A stretch of DNA of 32,438 nt, taken from Clostridia bacterium. GTDB taxonomy: Bacteria; Bacillota; Clostridia; UMGS1883. The notes below the pieces were generated by a model, which worked only from the letters and a program-made list of their open reading frames with translations, was not told where the DNA came from and searched no databases. The position numbers and the translations under genes were made by a program. The stretch covers positions 1-32,438 of the forward strand of contig JAZNOC010000066.1 of NCBI GenBank assembly GCA_045580605.1. The letters run 5' to 3'. How positions within the stretch are numbered: position 1 is the first letter of the stretch; each line of letters starts with the position of its first letter. Below are positions 19,209-27,520 of this stretch, piece by piece.

Positions 19209-20263
19209 TAGTTTGCTCCCCCTTCTTTGATTTTTTCGAGAACCTGTTCGGGCGAAACAATCATTCCGCCTACACGGTTGCAAAGCTCTACGGGTTTCTT
19301 ACATTCGATTGCAAGCTTAACGTCTTCAATCATCTGACCCATAGAAAGCTCAACACAGATAAAGCGGTTTACCTTATCTGCAGCCTTAAGAAGCGCATCC
19401 TTCGGGAAAGGCCAGAGGGTAATCGGTCTTATCATACCAACCTTTATACCCTGACTTCTTGCCTCAACAACAGCATTCTGCGCTACTCTTGCGGCAATAC
19501 CGAATGCAACAACGCAGATTTCTGCGTCGTCCATCATAAATTCTTCGTACATAACCTCGTTTTTCTCAACCTCGGCATACTTCTCAAAGCGGGCGAAGTT
19601 AAGCTGTTCGAGTTCTTCCGGAACAAGTGAAAGTGAATTTACAATATTGTGCTTACGCTTCATCTCTGTTCCTGTAACAGCCCAGGGCTTGTCATATTCC
19701 TTAACCTCTACATCGTTAAGCTCAACAGGCTCCATCATCTGACCCATTGTACCATCTGCAAGAATCATAGAGGTCATTCTGTACTTATCTGCAAGGTCAA
19801 AGCCCTTGATTGTAAGGTCAGCCATTTCCTGAACAGAAGACGGGGCGAGAACAATCATCTTGAAGTCGCCGTGTCCGCCACCCTTAGTTGCCTGGAAGTA
19901 GTCAGACTGAGAGGGCTGAATGCCACCAAGACCGGGGCCACCACGCTCAACGTTAATTACAAGTGCGGGAAGGTCAGAGCCTGCCATATAAGAAAGTCCC
20001 TCGCTCTTAAGCGAAATTCCTGGGCTTGAAGAAGATGTCATAACTCTCTTACCTGTCGAAGCTACGCCGTAAACCATATTTATAGCAGCAACTTCACTCT
20101 CCGCCTGAAGGAATGTTCCGCCGATTTTGGGCATTCTCTTAGCCATATAAGCGGCAACCTCTGTCTGAGGAGTAATCGGATATCCAAAGTAATGTCTGCA
20201 GCCCGCCTTGATAGCAGCTTCAGCGAGAGCTTCATTACCTTTCATTAAAACCTTATCTGCCAT
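19208..20263 (-). CDS. vorB: 2-oxoisovalerate(-like):ferredoxin oxidoreductase alpha subunit
   Basis: MKGNEALAEAA, FGYPITPQ, QAESEVAA, TSSSSPGISLK, and RGGPGLGGIQPSQSDY characteristic of VorB-type alpha subunits. Confidence 0.9.
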   Translation of the reverse strand: MADKVLMKGNEALAEAAIKAGCRHYFGYPITPQTEVAAYMAKRMPKIGGTFLQAESEVAAINMVYGVASTGKRVMTSSSSPGISLKSEGLSYMAGSDLPALVINVERGGPGLGGIQPSQSDYFQATKGGGHGDFKMIVLAPSSVQEMADLTIKGFDLADKYRMTSMILADGTMGQMMEPVELNDVEVKEYDKPWAVTGTEMKRKHNIVNSLSLVPEELEQLNFARFEKYAEVEKNEVMYEEFMMDDAEICVVAFGIAARVAQNAVVEARSQGIKVGMIRPITLWPFPKDALLKAADKVNRFICVELSMGQMIEDVKLAIECKKPVELCNRVGGMIVSPEQVLEKIKEGGAN

Positions 20264-20272
20264 TTGTAAAAC

Positions 20273-20479
20273 CTACCTTTCTACCTTGATGATGCAGTCG
20301 GGACACATTGTCGCACAGAATGCACAGGCAATGCAAGCCTCCTGGTCAGTAATTTCTACGGGCGAATGGCCCTTTTTGTTAATTTTGTCCTTCGCAAGCT
20401 GCAAAAGATTTTTCGGGCAAGCGTTTACGCAAAGTCCGCAACCCTTACAGTTGTCGGTATCAAAAGTCAATTTAGCCAT
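20273..20479 (-). CDS. 2x[4Fe-4S] ferredoxin-like delta subunit
   Basis: CKGCGLCVNACP and CIACAFCATMCPD. AAGGAG RBS. Confidence 0.93.
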   Translation of the reverse strand: MAKLTFDTDNCKGCGLCVNACPKNLLQLAKDKINKKGHSPVEITDQEACIACAFCATMCPDCIIKVER

Positions 20480-20494
20480 TTTATCTATCTCCTT

Positions 20495-21154
20495 TTATAT
20501 AATTTTTTCTTGTAATTTAAGCGGGAAAACATTTTCTATACAACCCTTGGCTTCTTCGTACAAATTTTCAGGCACCGTTGTCATAACGATTGGAAGTCCC
20601 GAAAGAGACGCAAGCTTTTTAATTTCTTCGTCTGTATCAAGCACAGTTTTAACAGTTGTGTTTACGCCAAGATTTGAATTGTTGATTATTGCCGTGAATG
20701 GAATTTTAGATGCAAACTCAATCTCGCGCATTACCTCTATTGCCTCTTCGGCAGTTCTTGTAAGCGGTCTGTAAAGATTTGCAACGAAAATCATTTCATA
20801 ATCGTTTTCCTCAAGAATTGTCGGGGTATATCTACCAAGCGCGAGAGCACCGCGGTCATCACCGCCAACATCCATAATAAGCACCGTTTTTCTGTCCTCT
20901 AAAGCAGGATAAATTTCCTTTGGGAGTGCAGGTGCATCGAGGTTTGTATTTGCGTACTGCGAAGCTACAACCTCAATCCCCTTTTCCCGAAGCCTTTTCT
21001 CACTGTCCTTAGACCTGAAATACGGATTTACAATATCAATGTCGCAAAGAGCAACCTTTTTCTCTTCGCTGATTTTCTCGGCAAGGTTTACGGCAATGTT
21101 TGTTTTTCCGCTACCGTAATGCCCTGCAAGAAGCATAACACGTTTTATATTCAA
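20495..21154 (-). CDS. P-loop NTPase of unknown function (MinD/CooC-like SIMIBI class)
   Basis: Walker A GHYGSGKT, DIDIVNPYFRS and MDVGGDD. Likely start is TTG 21154 after GAGGTG; the ORF track uses GTG 21163. Confidence 0.8.
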   Translation of the reverse strand: MNIKRVMLLAGHYGSGKTNIAVNLAEKISEEKKVALCDIDIVNPYFRSKDSEKRLREKGIEVVASQYANTNLDAPALPKEIYPALEDRKTVLIMDVGGDDRGALALGRYTPTILEENDYEMIFVANLYRPLTRTAEEAIEVMREIEFASKIPFTAIINNSNLGVNTTVKTVLDTDEEIKKLASLSGLPIVMTTVPENLYEEAKGCIENVFPLKLQEKII

Positions 21155-21166
21155 CGGCTCCACCTC

Positions 21167-23455
21167 TTAAAGCTTATTTCTCATAATCTTACCGCTTGTT
21201 GTCTTAGGAAGCTCATCGCGGAACACCACAATTCTGGGATACTTATAAGGAGCAGTGTTCTTTTTAACGTAATCCTGAATTTCCTTTTTAAGTTCTTCAG
21301 GAGGAATTGTACCCTTTGTAAGAACTATGCTTGCTTTAACGACCTGACCGCGAACCTCGTCAGGTTCTGCAGATACGCCACATTCAAGAACATACGGAAG
21401 TTCCATAATAACGTTTTCAATCTCGAACGGTCCTATGCGATAGCCACTTGACTTGATAACATCGTCAATTCGGCTTACATACCAGTAGAAGCCGTCCTCA
21501 TCACGCCAGGCAACGTCGCCCGTGTGATACAAACTGTCTCTGAACGCATCCTTTGTTTTTTCTTCGTCGCCAAAGTATTCCTTGAATAAGCCACACGGAA
21601 GTTTATCGTCAATTCTGATAACGATTTCGCCGTTTTCACCAACGCCAACGCTCTTTCCGTCAGGGTCAACAAGGTCAACATTATAAAGCGGAACAGGTTT
21701 ACCCATTGAGCCAAGCTTGTGCTTTGAGCCAAACAGGTTACCGATTACAAGCGTAGTTTCACTCTGTCCGAAGCCCTCCATAACCTCAAGCCCTGTAAGG
21801 CTCTTAAGCTGACGGAAAACCTCGGGGTTAAGTGCCTCACCCGCAATAGTCGCATGCTCAACAGAAGAAAGGTCATACTTTGTAAGGTCTTCCTTTATAA
21901 GCATCCTGTACATTGTCGGCGGTGCACAAAATGTTGTGATTTTATATTTTGCAAACATCGGAAGTATGTTTGCGGCATTAAACTTATCAAAATCGTATAC
22001 GAAGATTGCACCCTCGCAAAGCCACTGACCGTAGAGCTTGCCCCACATAGCCTTAGCCCAGCCCGTATCGGAAATAGTAAGATGCAATCCCTCGGGATTT
22101 ACGCAGTGCCAGTAGTTTGCAGTGATAAAGTGCCCAAGCGGATACTTGTATGAGTGAGTTGCAATTTTGGGATAACCTGTTGTGCCTGACGTAAAGTACA
22201 TAAGCATTGTATCATCACCGCAGGGAGTATCCTCAGTCCTCTCATAAACATCGGAGAAGAGTGTGTATTCACTGTCAAAATTATGCCAGCCCTCACGCTC
22301 GCCGTTAACAATAATCTTTGTTGCAAGCGTGGGAGACTCTTTCTGTGCAAGCTCTGCCTGATGCGCAACATCACCGTCAGCAGTACATACAATTGCAGAT
22401 ATACCTGCCGCATTGCATCTGTACGAGATATCATGCTCCTGCAAAAGATTTGTTGCGGGAATTGCGACTGCACCAATTTTGTGAAGAGCAAGTATAGAAA
22501 ACCAGAACTGATAATGTCTCTTTAAAATAAGCATTACCTTGTCGCCCTTTTTGATGCCGAGCGATGTAAAGTAGTTTGCAACCTTGTTTGAGTAAAGCAT
22601 CATATCCTTAAATGTAAAGCGTCTTTCTTCGCCTTCATTTGAAATATGAAGCATTGCAAGCTTGTCGGGTCTTTTTTCTGCTAAGCCATCAACTATGTCA
22701 TAAGCAAAGTTAAACTTATCCTCGTTTTCAAACGTGAGAGACAAAAGGGCGCCACGCTCATCCTCTTTGGGGTGGATAAAGTTGTGGTAAAGCCTTCTGT
22801 AAGGCTGCTTCACCTTAACCTTGGTAGGCTCTGCAATTTCCTGAGTTTCACTCACTTTGTCTGTTGATGGATTAAGTACGATTGCATAGAAAAGGCAATC
22901 CTCGCCGCCAACTGCCACCATACCATGCGGAGTTGAGCTGTTGTAATATATACTGTCGCCCTCACTTAATATTTCAGTGTGCTGACCAATCTGTACCTTA
23001 AGCTTACCTTTTATAATAATATCACATTCCTGACCCTCGTGGGTAGTAAGCTCGATATCACGGTTTTCAGCCTGCGGATCGTAAACTGCGTTAACGTAAA
23101 GAGGTTCTGCAATTCTGTTTTTAAAGGTAGGAGCAAGGTTGTAGTAAATCATATCGTGCGCCTGCTCAATTCGCTGACCCTCACCCTTTTTCGTTACAGT
23201 ATACGACTTAAGATTGGGGCTGACACCCTCAATAATATCAGTTACGTCAACGTGAAGAGAAAGTGCACACCTGTAAATAAACGCAAAGCTTAAATCGTGC
23301 TCTCCGTTTTCGCAGGCTACATACTCTTCCCTTGAAACATCGCAAAGCTTTGACATTGTTTCAATGCTTAAGCCCTCGATTTCTCTCAGCTCTTTAATAC
23401 GAGCCGCCATAAGCTTGATTTTATAGTCAAGCCCTGTAATAATTTTTTCTTCCAT
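21167..23455 (-). CDS. Fusion of an XRE-HTH/cupin regulator and an AMP-forming short/medium-chain acyl-CoA synthetase
   Basis: N-terminal RIKELRE HTH and HEGQE..GDSIYYNSSTPHGM cupin. C-terminal ~550 aa has FNFAYDIVD, YFTSGTTGYPK, EGFGQSET, YHTGD and LPKTTSGK. AAGGAGAG RBS before ATG 23455. Confidence 0.92.
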   Translation of the reverse strand: MEEKIITGLDYKIKLMAARIKELREIEGLSIETMSKLCDVSREEYVACENGEHDLSFAFIYRCALSLHVDVTDIIEGVSPNLKSYTVTKKGEGQRIEQAHDMIYYNLAPTFKNRIAEPLYVNAVYDPQAENRDIELTTHEGQECDIIIKGKLKVQIGQHTEILSEGDSIYYNSSTPHGMVAVGGEDCLFYAIVLNPSTDKVSETQEIAEPTKVKVKQPYRRLYHNFIHPKEDERGALLSLTFENEDKFNFAYDIVDGLAEKRPDKLAMLHISNEGEERRFTFKDMMLYSNKVANYFTSLGIKKGDKVMLILKRHYQFWFSILALHKIGAVAIPATNLLQEHDISYRCNAAGISAIVCTADGDVAHQAELAQKESPTLATKIIVNGEREGWHNFDSEYTLFSDVYERTEDTPCGDDTMLMYFTSGTTGYPKIATHSYKYPLGHFITANYWHCVNPEGLHLTISDTGWAKAMWGKLYGQWLCEGAIFVYDFDKFNAANILPMFAKYKITTFCAPPTMYRMLIKEDLTKYDLSSVEHATIAGEALNPEVFRQLKSLTGLEVMEGFGQSETTLVIGNLFGSKHKLGSMGKPVPLYNVDLVDPDGKSVGVGENGEIVIRIDDKLPCGLFKEYFGDEEKTKDAFRDSLYHTGDVAWRDEDGFYWYVSRIDDVIKSSGYRIGPFEIENVIMELPYVLECGVSAEPDEVRGQVVKASIVLTKGTIPPEELKKEIQDYVKKNTAPYKYPRIVVFRDELPKTTSGKIMRNKL

Positions 23456-23477
23456 AAGATACTCTCCTTTTAGGGCA

Positions 23478-23526
23478 AACACAAATGCTCGCCCCAAGAT
23501 GTGATAAAAATCTTGAGACGAGCATT
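23478..23526 (-). terminator. T-box attenuator (terminator) hairpin
   Basis: AATGCTCGTCTCAAGAT...ATCTTGGGGCGAGCATT followed by TGTGTTT. Its 5' arm is the 3' strand of the antiterminator. Confidence 0.8.
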
Positions 23527-23760
23527 ATATCTTTGATATAAAATACCCGCGGTACCACTCAAATTGCATACAAGATGCCACTTCAGGCTCCAACAAGCCC
23601 TACGCTATTAACGCAAGCATAACGGGAAGGGTCTACTTTCTGCACAACAGAGTTCTTCCTTCCGGCTCAGGAGCTACAGATTGCAAAGGCCCTCTTTATG
23701 GCTTGCACCAACCGCCAATTCTCTTAAAAGACTGCCAAAGCATCACTCTCCGTCAATGCC
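23478..23760 (-). ncRNA. T-box riboswitch leader, branched-chain amino acid type (Val GUA most likely)
   Basis: T-box AATTTGAGTGGTACCGCGG at 23547-23565. Stem I has GA-motif ends (GGCATTGACGGAG / CTCCTGAGCC), an AGAGA bulge and a GGTGCAA loop. Stem II has AGTA, followed by CCGTTA. Antiterminator helices UUUGAG/CUCAAG and GCGGGU/GCUCGU. Confidence 0.92.
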
Positions 23761-23781
23761 TTTATTATTCATATACTATTA

Positions 23782-23810
23782 TTTTTACCACATATATATC
23801 AATTTGTCAA
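23782..23810 (-). promoter_or_regulatory. Putative sigma-A promoter of the T-box operon
   Basis: TTGACA-17 nt-TAAAAA with an extended -10 TG. The -10 lacks the final conserved T. Confidence 0.55.
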
Positions 23811-23815
23811 GCTTT

Positions 23816-26800
23816 TTATTTAAAGAACTTAACCGCTGCCTCAAACATTCTTATGTCGTAGTTTCCTTCGACGTTCTTGTAAAGGCCGCTGCCAACTCTT
23901 TCACTGTGTCCCATCTTACCAAAGACTCTGCCATCGGGAGATGTGATACCCTCAATTGCATACATTGAATTATTGGGGTTAAAGTGAATATCTCCAGTTG
24001 CGTTATTATCTGCATCAACATACTGAGTTGCAATCTGTCCGTTTTTGGCAAGCTCTTTTATAAGCTTTTCGTCAGCAATAAATCTGCCCTCGCCGTGAGA
24101 AATCGGCACGCTGTAAACATCACCAACATTTGTAAGTGAAAGCCAGGGAGATTTGTTTGAGGCAACACGTGTGCGTACAATTCTTGACTGGTGGCGTGCA
24201 ATGGTGTTAAAGGTGAGTGTCGGGCAAGTTTCATCAGTATCAATAATCTTGCCGTAAGGAACAAGACCAAGCTTTATAAGTGCCTGGAAACCGTTACAGA
24301 TACCACACATAAGGCCGTCGCGGTTGTCAAGAAGGTCTGTAACGCCGCTGCGGATTTCATCATTTCTGAAGAATGCAGTTATAAACTTACCGCTTCCGTC
24401 AGGCTCATCACCGCCTGAGAAACCACCGGGAATGAATACCATCTGTGATTCTTTAAGAATATTTGCAAATTCCTTAACACTGTCTGAAATTCCCTTTGCG
24501 GTAAGGTTATTTATAACGAAAATCTTTGCCTCTGCACCGGCATTTTCCACCGCCTTAGCACTGTCAAACTCACAGTTTGTTCCGGGGAATACGGGAATAA
24601 GCACCTTAGGCTTAGCAGTTTTGACACTTGCAAACTTACGCTCTGTAGCCTCAAAACTAAAGTTTTCCATTTCAGTAGCCTTCTGCTTAATATTGCAGCT
24701 GTAAACACTTTCAAGCTTCTCTTCATAGATGTTAAGAAGCGAAGCAAGTTCAACACATTCGCCCTTGTAGCAGATGCTTTCCTTTTCAGTTACCTTTCCG
24801 ATAACTGTTTCGTCTGTCTCACCCTCTACCTCGAGCACAAATGCACCATAGTTGTAGCCAAAAATATCTTCAAGTGAAAGTACATCGTTAAGTTCTGCAC
24901 CTAAACCGTTACCAAAGCACATCTTCATCACTGCTTCAGCCACGCCGCCCATACCGGGTGTATAGCAGGCTTTAGCCTTGCCGTTTGAGAGAAGCTTTCT
25001 TACCTTATCAAAATTCTCGATAAGAGATTTTGTAACAGGGAGATTATTTTCGTCGTACTCAGGCTTAATAAGAACAATACTATTTCCTGCACATTTAAAC
25101 TCAGGAGAAACAATGTCTTTGATTTTTTCAGTTGTTACGGCAAAGGAAACAAGTGTCGGCGGAACATCAAGGTTTTCAAAGCTTCCGCTCATCGAGTCCT
25201 TACCGCCTATTGAGCCAATGCCAAGCTCCATCTGTGCCTTAAATGCACCAAGGAGTGCGCTAAACGGCTTGCCCCAGCGCTTCGGGTCGCCTGAAAGACG
25301 CTCAAAGTATTCCTGGAATGTAAGATAAACGTCTTTAAATTCTGCACCTGTTGCAATAAGCTTACAAACAGATTCCACAACTGCAAGATACGCACCGTGA
25401 TACTGGCTCTTTTCCATTATAAACGGGTTATATCCAAAGGACATAAGCGAGCAATCGTCAGTGTCCTTTCTTTCTGTTGAGATTTTTTGTACCATTGCCT
25501 GAATTGGCGTAAGCTGATTTTTACCGCCAAATGGCATAAGCACTGTGCCTGCACCGATTGTTGAGTCGAAACGCTCCGAAAGTCCTCTCTTTGAGCAGAT
25601 ATTCAAATCGCCTGCAAGGCTCTCGTAGTTTTCCCTAAATCCACCCTTTACTTCCTTTTCGTAAGGCTGGCACTTTGACGCCAGTACATTTATATGCTTT
25701 TCAGCACCGTTTGAGTTAAGGAACTCTCTGCTGATATCGCAAATCTTGACACCATTCCAGTTCATTACAAGGCGGGGATTTTCCGTTACCCGAGCCACGG
25801 GGCACGCCTGAAGGTTTTCACTGTTTGCAATTTCAAGGAAACGCTCAACGTTTTCCTTTTCTATTACAACAGCCATTCTCTCCTGAGATTCGCTGATTGC
25901 AAGCTCTGTGCCATCAAGACCCTCGTACTTTTTGGGAACTGCGTTAAGGTCAATTTCAAGACCGTCAGCAAGCTCACCAATAGCAACAGAAACGCCGCCT
26001 GCACCGAAGTCGTTACAACGCTTAATCATAAGGCAGGCTTCCTTGTTCCTGAAAATTCTCTGGAGCTTTCTCTCCTCGGGCGCATTACCCTTCTGTACCT
26101 CAGAACCGCAGGTTTCGATAGATTCAACAGTATGCGACTTTGATGAGCCTGTTGCACCGCCGCAACCGTCTCTGCCTGTGCTTCCGCCAAGGAGAACTAC
26201 AACGTCTCCGTCAAGCGGAGTTTCACGCCTTACGTTTTCCTTAGGTGTTGCAGCAATAACTGCACCGATTTCCATTCTCTTAGCGGCATAGCCGTCATGA
26301 TAAATCTCATCTACAATACCTGTAGCAATACCAATCTGGTTACCGTAAGAAGAATATCCTGCTGCAGCAGTTGTAACAATCTTTCTCTGCGGGAGCTTAC
26401 CCTCGATTGTTTCATTTATAGGCTTAAGCGGGTCTGCCGCACCCGTTACACGCATCGCACCGTAAACATAGCTTCTGCCTGAAAGCGGGTCGCGGATTGC
26501 ACCACCGATACAGGTTGCTGCACCGCCAAAAGGCTCTATTTCGGTAGGATGGTTATGTGTTTCGTTCTTAAAGAGAAGAAGCCACGGCTCTTTTTTACCA
26601 TCTACAGTTACATCGATGCAAACTGTACAAGCATTGATTTCTTCTGATTCGTCAAGTTTGTCAAGCTTTCCGTTTGCCTTAAGATGCCTTACTGCAAGTG
26701 TCGCAATATCCATAAGGCAGATGCTCTTTGTTCTGCCAAGCTCTTTTCTTGTAGCAATGTACTCTTCATAAGTTTTCTGCAAGAGCTCGTCTTCAAATGT

Positions 26801-27502
26801 AACATCATCAATAATTGTCTGGAATGTCGTATGACGGCAGTGGTCAGACCAGTAGGTGTCAATCATACGGATTTCTGTGATGGTAGGATCTCTGTCTTCC
26901 TTAATAAAATACTGCTGACAGAAAGTGATATCATCAATATCCATAGCAAGACCATATTCCTTGATAAATGCCGCAAGGCCATCACGGTCAAGCTTGGTAA
27001 ACCCGTCAAGTGTTTTAACACTTGTGGGGATTTCGTATTCTACATTAAGTGTTTCGGGCTTTTGAGTTGAAGCCTCTCTTGCTTCTACGGGGTTAATTAC
27101 ATACTTTTTGATTTCAGCAAGCTGAGAATCGGAAAGATTGCCGTAAAAAGCATAAACTTTTGCGGTACGGATAAGGGGTCTCTCGCCCTGAGAGATGAAC
27201 TGAATACACTGTGCCGCAGAATCTGCCCTCTGGTCAAACTGACCGGGCAAAAACTCTACAACAAAGCTAATTGCTTCTCCAAGTTCAATGCTTTCCGTAA
27301 CAATATCGGACTGAGGCTCGGAAAACACGGTCTTTTTCGCATTTTCAAAAAGCTCAGGTGTGATGTTTTCAACATCATATCTGTTTATAATTCGTACCTT
27401 TTCCAAGGTAGATATTCCAAGGAATGTTTTAAGCTCATAAAGCAAATTTTCACTATCGCCTGCAAACTCAGGCTTTCTTTCAACATAAGCTCTGTATACC
27501 AT
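23816..27502 (-). CDS. purL: Phosphoribosylformylglycinamidine synthase, large single-chain form
   Basis: 1228 aa. WSDHCRH, KNETHNHPTEIEPFGGAAT, DFGAGG, ESQERM, and glutaminase domain GGFSGGD, GICNGFQ, MGHSER. Confidence 0.97.
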   Translation of the reverse strand: MVYRAYVERKPEFAGDSENLLYELKTFLGISTLEKVRIINRYDVENITPELFENAKKTVFSEPQSDIVTESIELGEAISFVVEFLPGQFDQRADSAAQCIQFISQGERPLIRTAKVYAFYGNLSDSQLAEIKKYVINPVEAREASTQKPETLNVEYEIPTSVKTLDGFTKLDRDGLAAFIKEYGLAMDIDDITFCQQYFIKEDRDPTITEIRMIDTYWSDHCRHTTFQTIIDDVTFEDELLQKTYEEYIATRKELGRTKSICLMDIATLAVRHLKANGKLDKLDESEEINACTVCIDVTVDGKKEPWLLLFKNETHNHPTEIEPFGGAATCIGGAIRDPLSGRSYVYGAMRVTGAADPLKPINETIEGKLPQRKIVTTAAAGYSSYGNQIGIATGIVDEIYHDGYAAKRMEIGAVIAATPKENVRRETPLDGDVVVLLGGSTGRDGCGGATGSSKSHTVESIETCGSEVQKGNAPEERKLQRIFRNKEACLMIKRCNDFGAGGVSVAIGELADGLEIDLNAVPKKYEGLDGTELAISESQERMAVVIEKENVERFLEIANSENLQACPVARVTENPRLVMNWNGVKICDISREFLNSNGAEKHINVLASKCQPYEKEVKGGFRENYESLAGDLNICSKRGLSERFDSTIGAGTVLMPFGGKNQLTPIQAMVQKISTERKDTDDCSLMSFGYNPFIMEKSQYHGAYLAVVESVCKLIATGAEFKDVYLTFQEYFERLSGDPKRWGKPFSALLGAFKAQMELGIGSIGGKDSMSGSFENLDVPPTLVSFAVTTEKIKDIVSPEFKCAGNSIVLIKPEYDENNLPVTKSLIENFDKVRKLLSNGKAKACYTPGMGGVAEAVMKMCFGNGLGAELNDVLSLEDIFGYNYGAFVLEVEGETDETVIGKVTEKESICYKGECVELASLLNIYEEKLESVYSCNIKQKATEMENFSFEATERKFASVKTAKPKVLIPVFPGTNCEFDSAKAVENAGAEAKIFVINNLTAKGISDSVKEFANILKESQMVFIPGGFSGGDEPDGSGKFITAFFRNDEIRSGVTDLLDNRDGLMCGICNGFQALIKLGLVPYGKIIDTDETCPTLTFNTIARHQSRIVRTRVASNKSPWLSLTNVGDVYSVPISHGEGRFIADEKLIKELAKNGQIATQYVDADNNATGDIHFNPNNSMYAIEGITSPDGRVFGKMGHSERVGSGLYKNVEGNYDIRMFEAAVKFFK

Positions 27503-27520
27503 TAGTTTTCCTCCTTTGCC

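Noticed and set aside
23681-23968. 95-aa plus-strand ORF
   Set aside because: It is antisense to the T-box leader, its promoter and the purL end.
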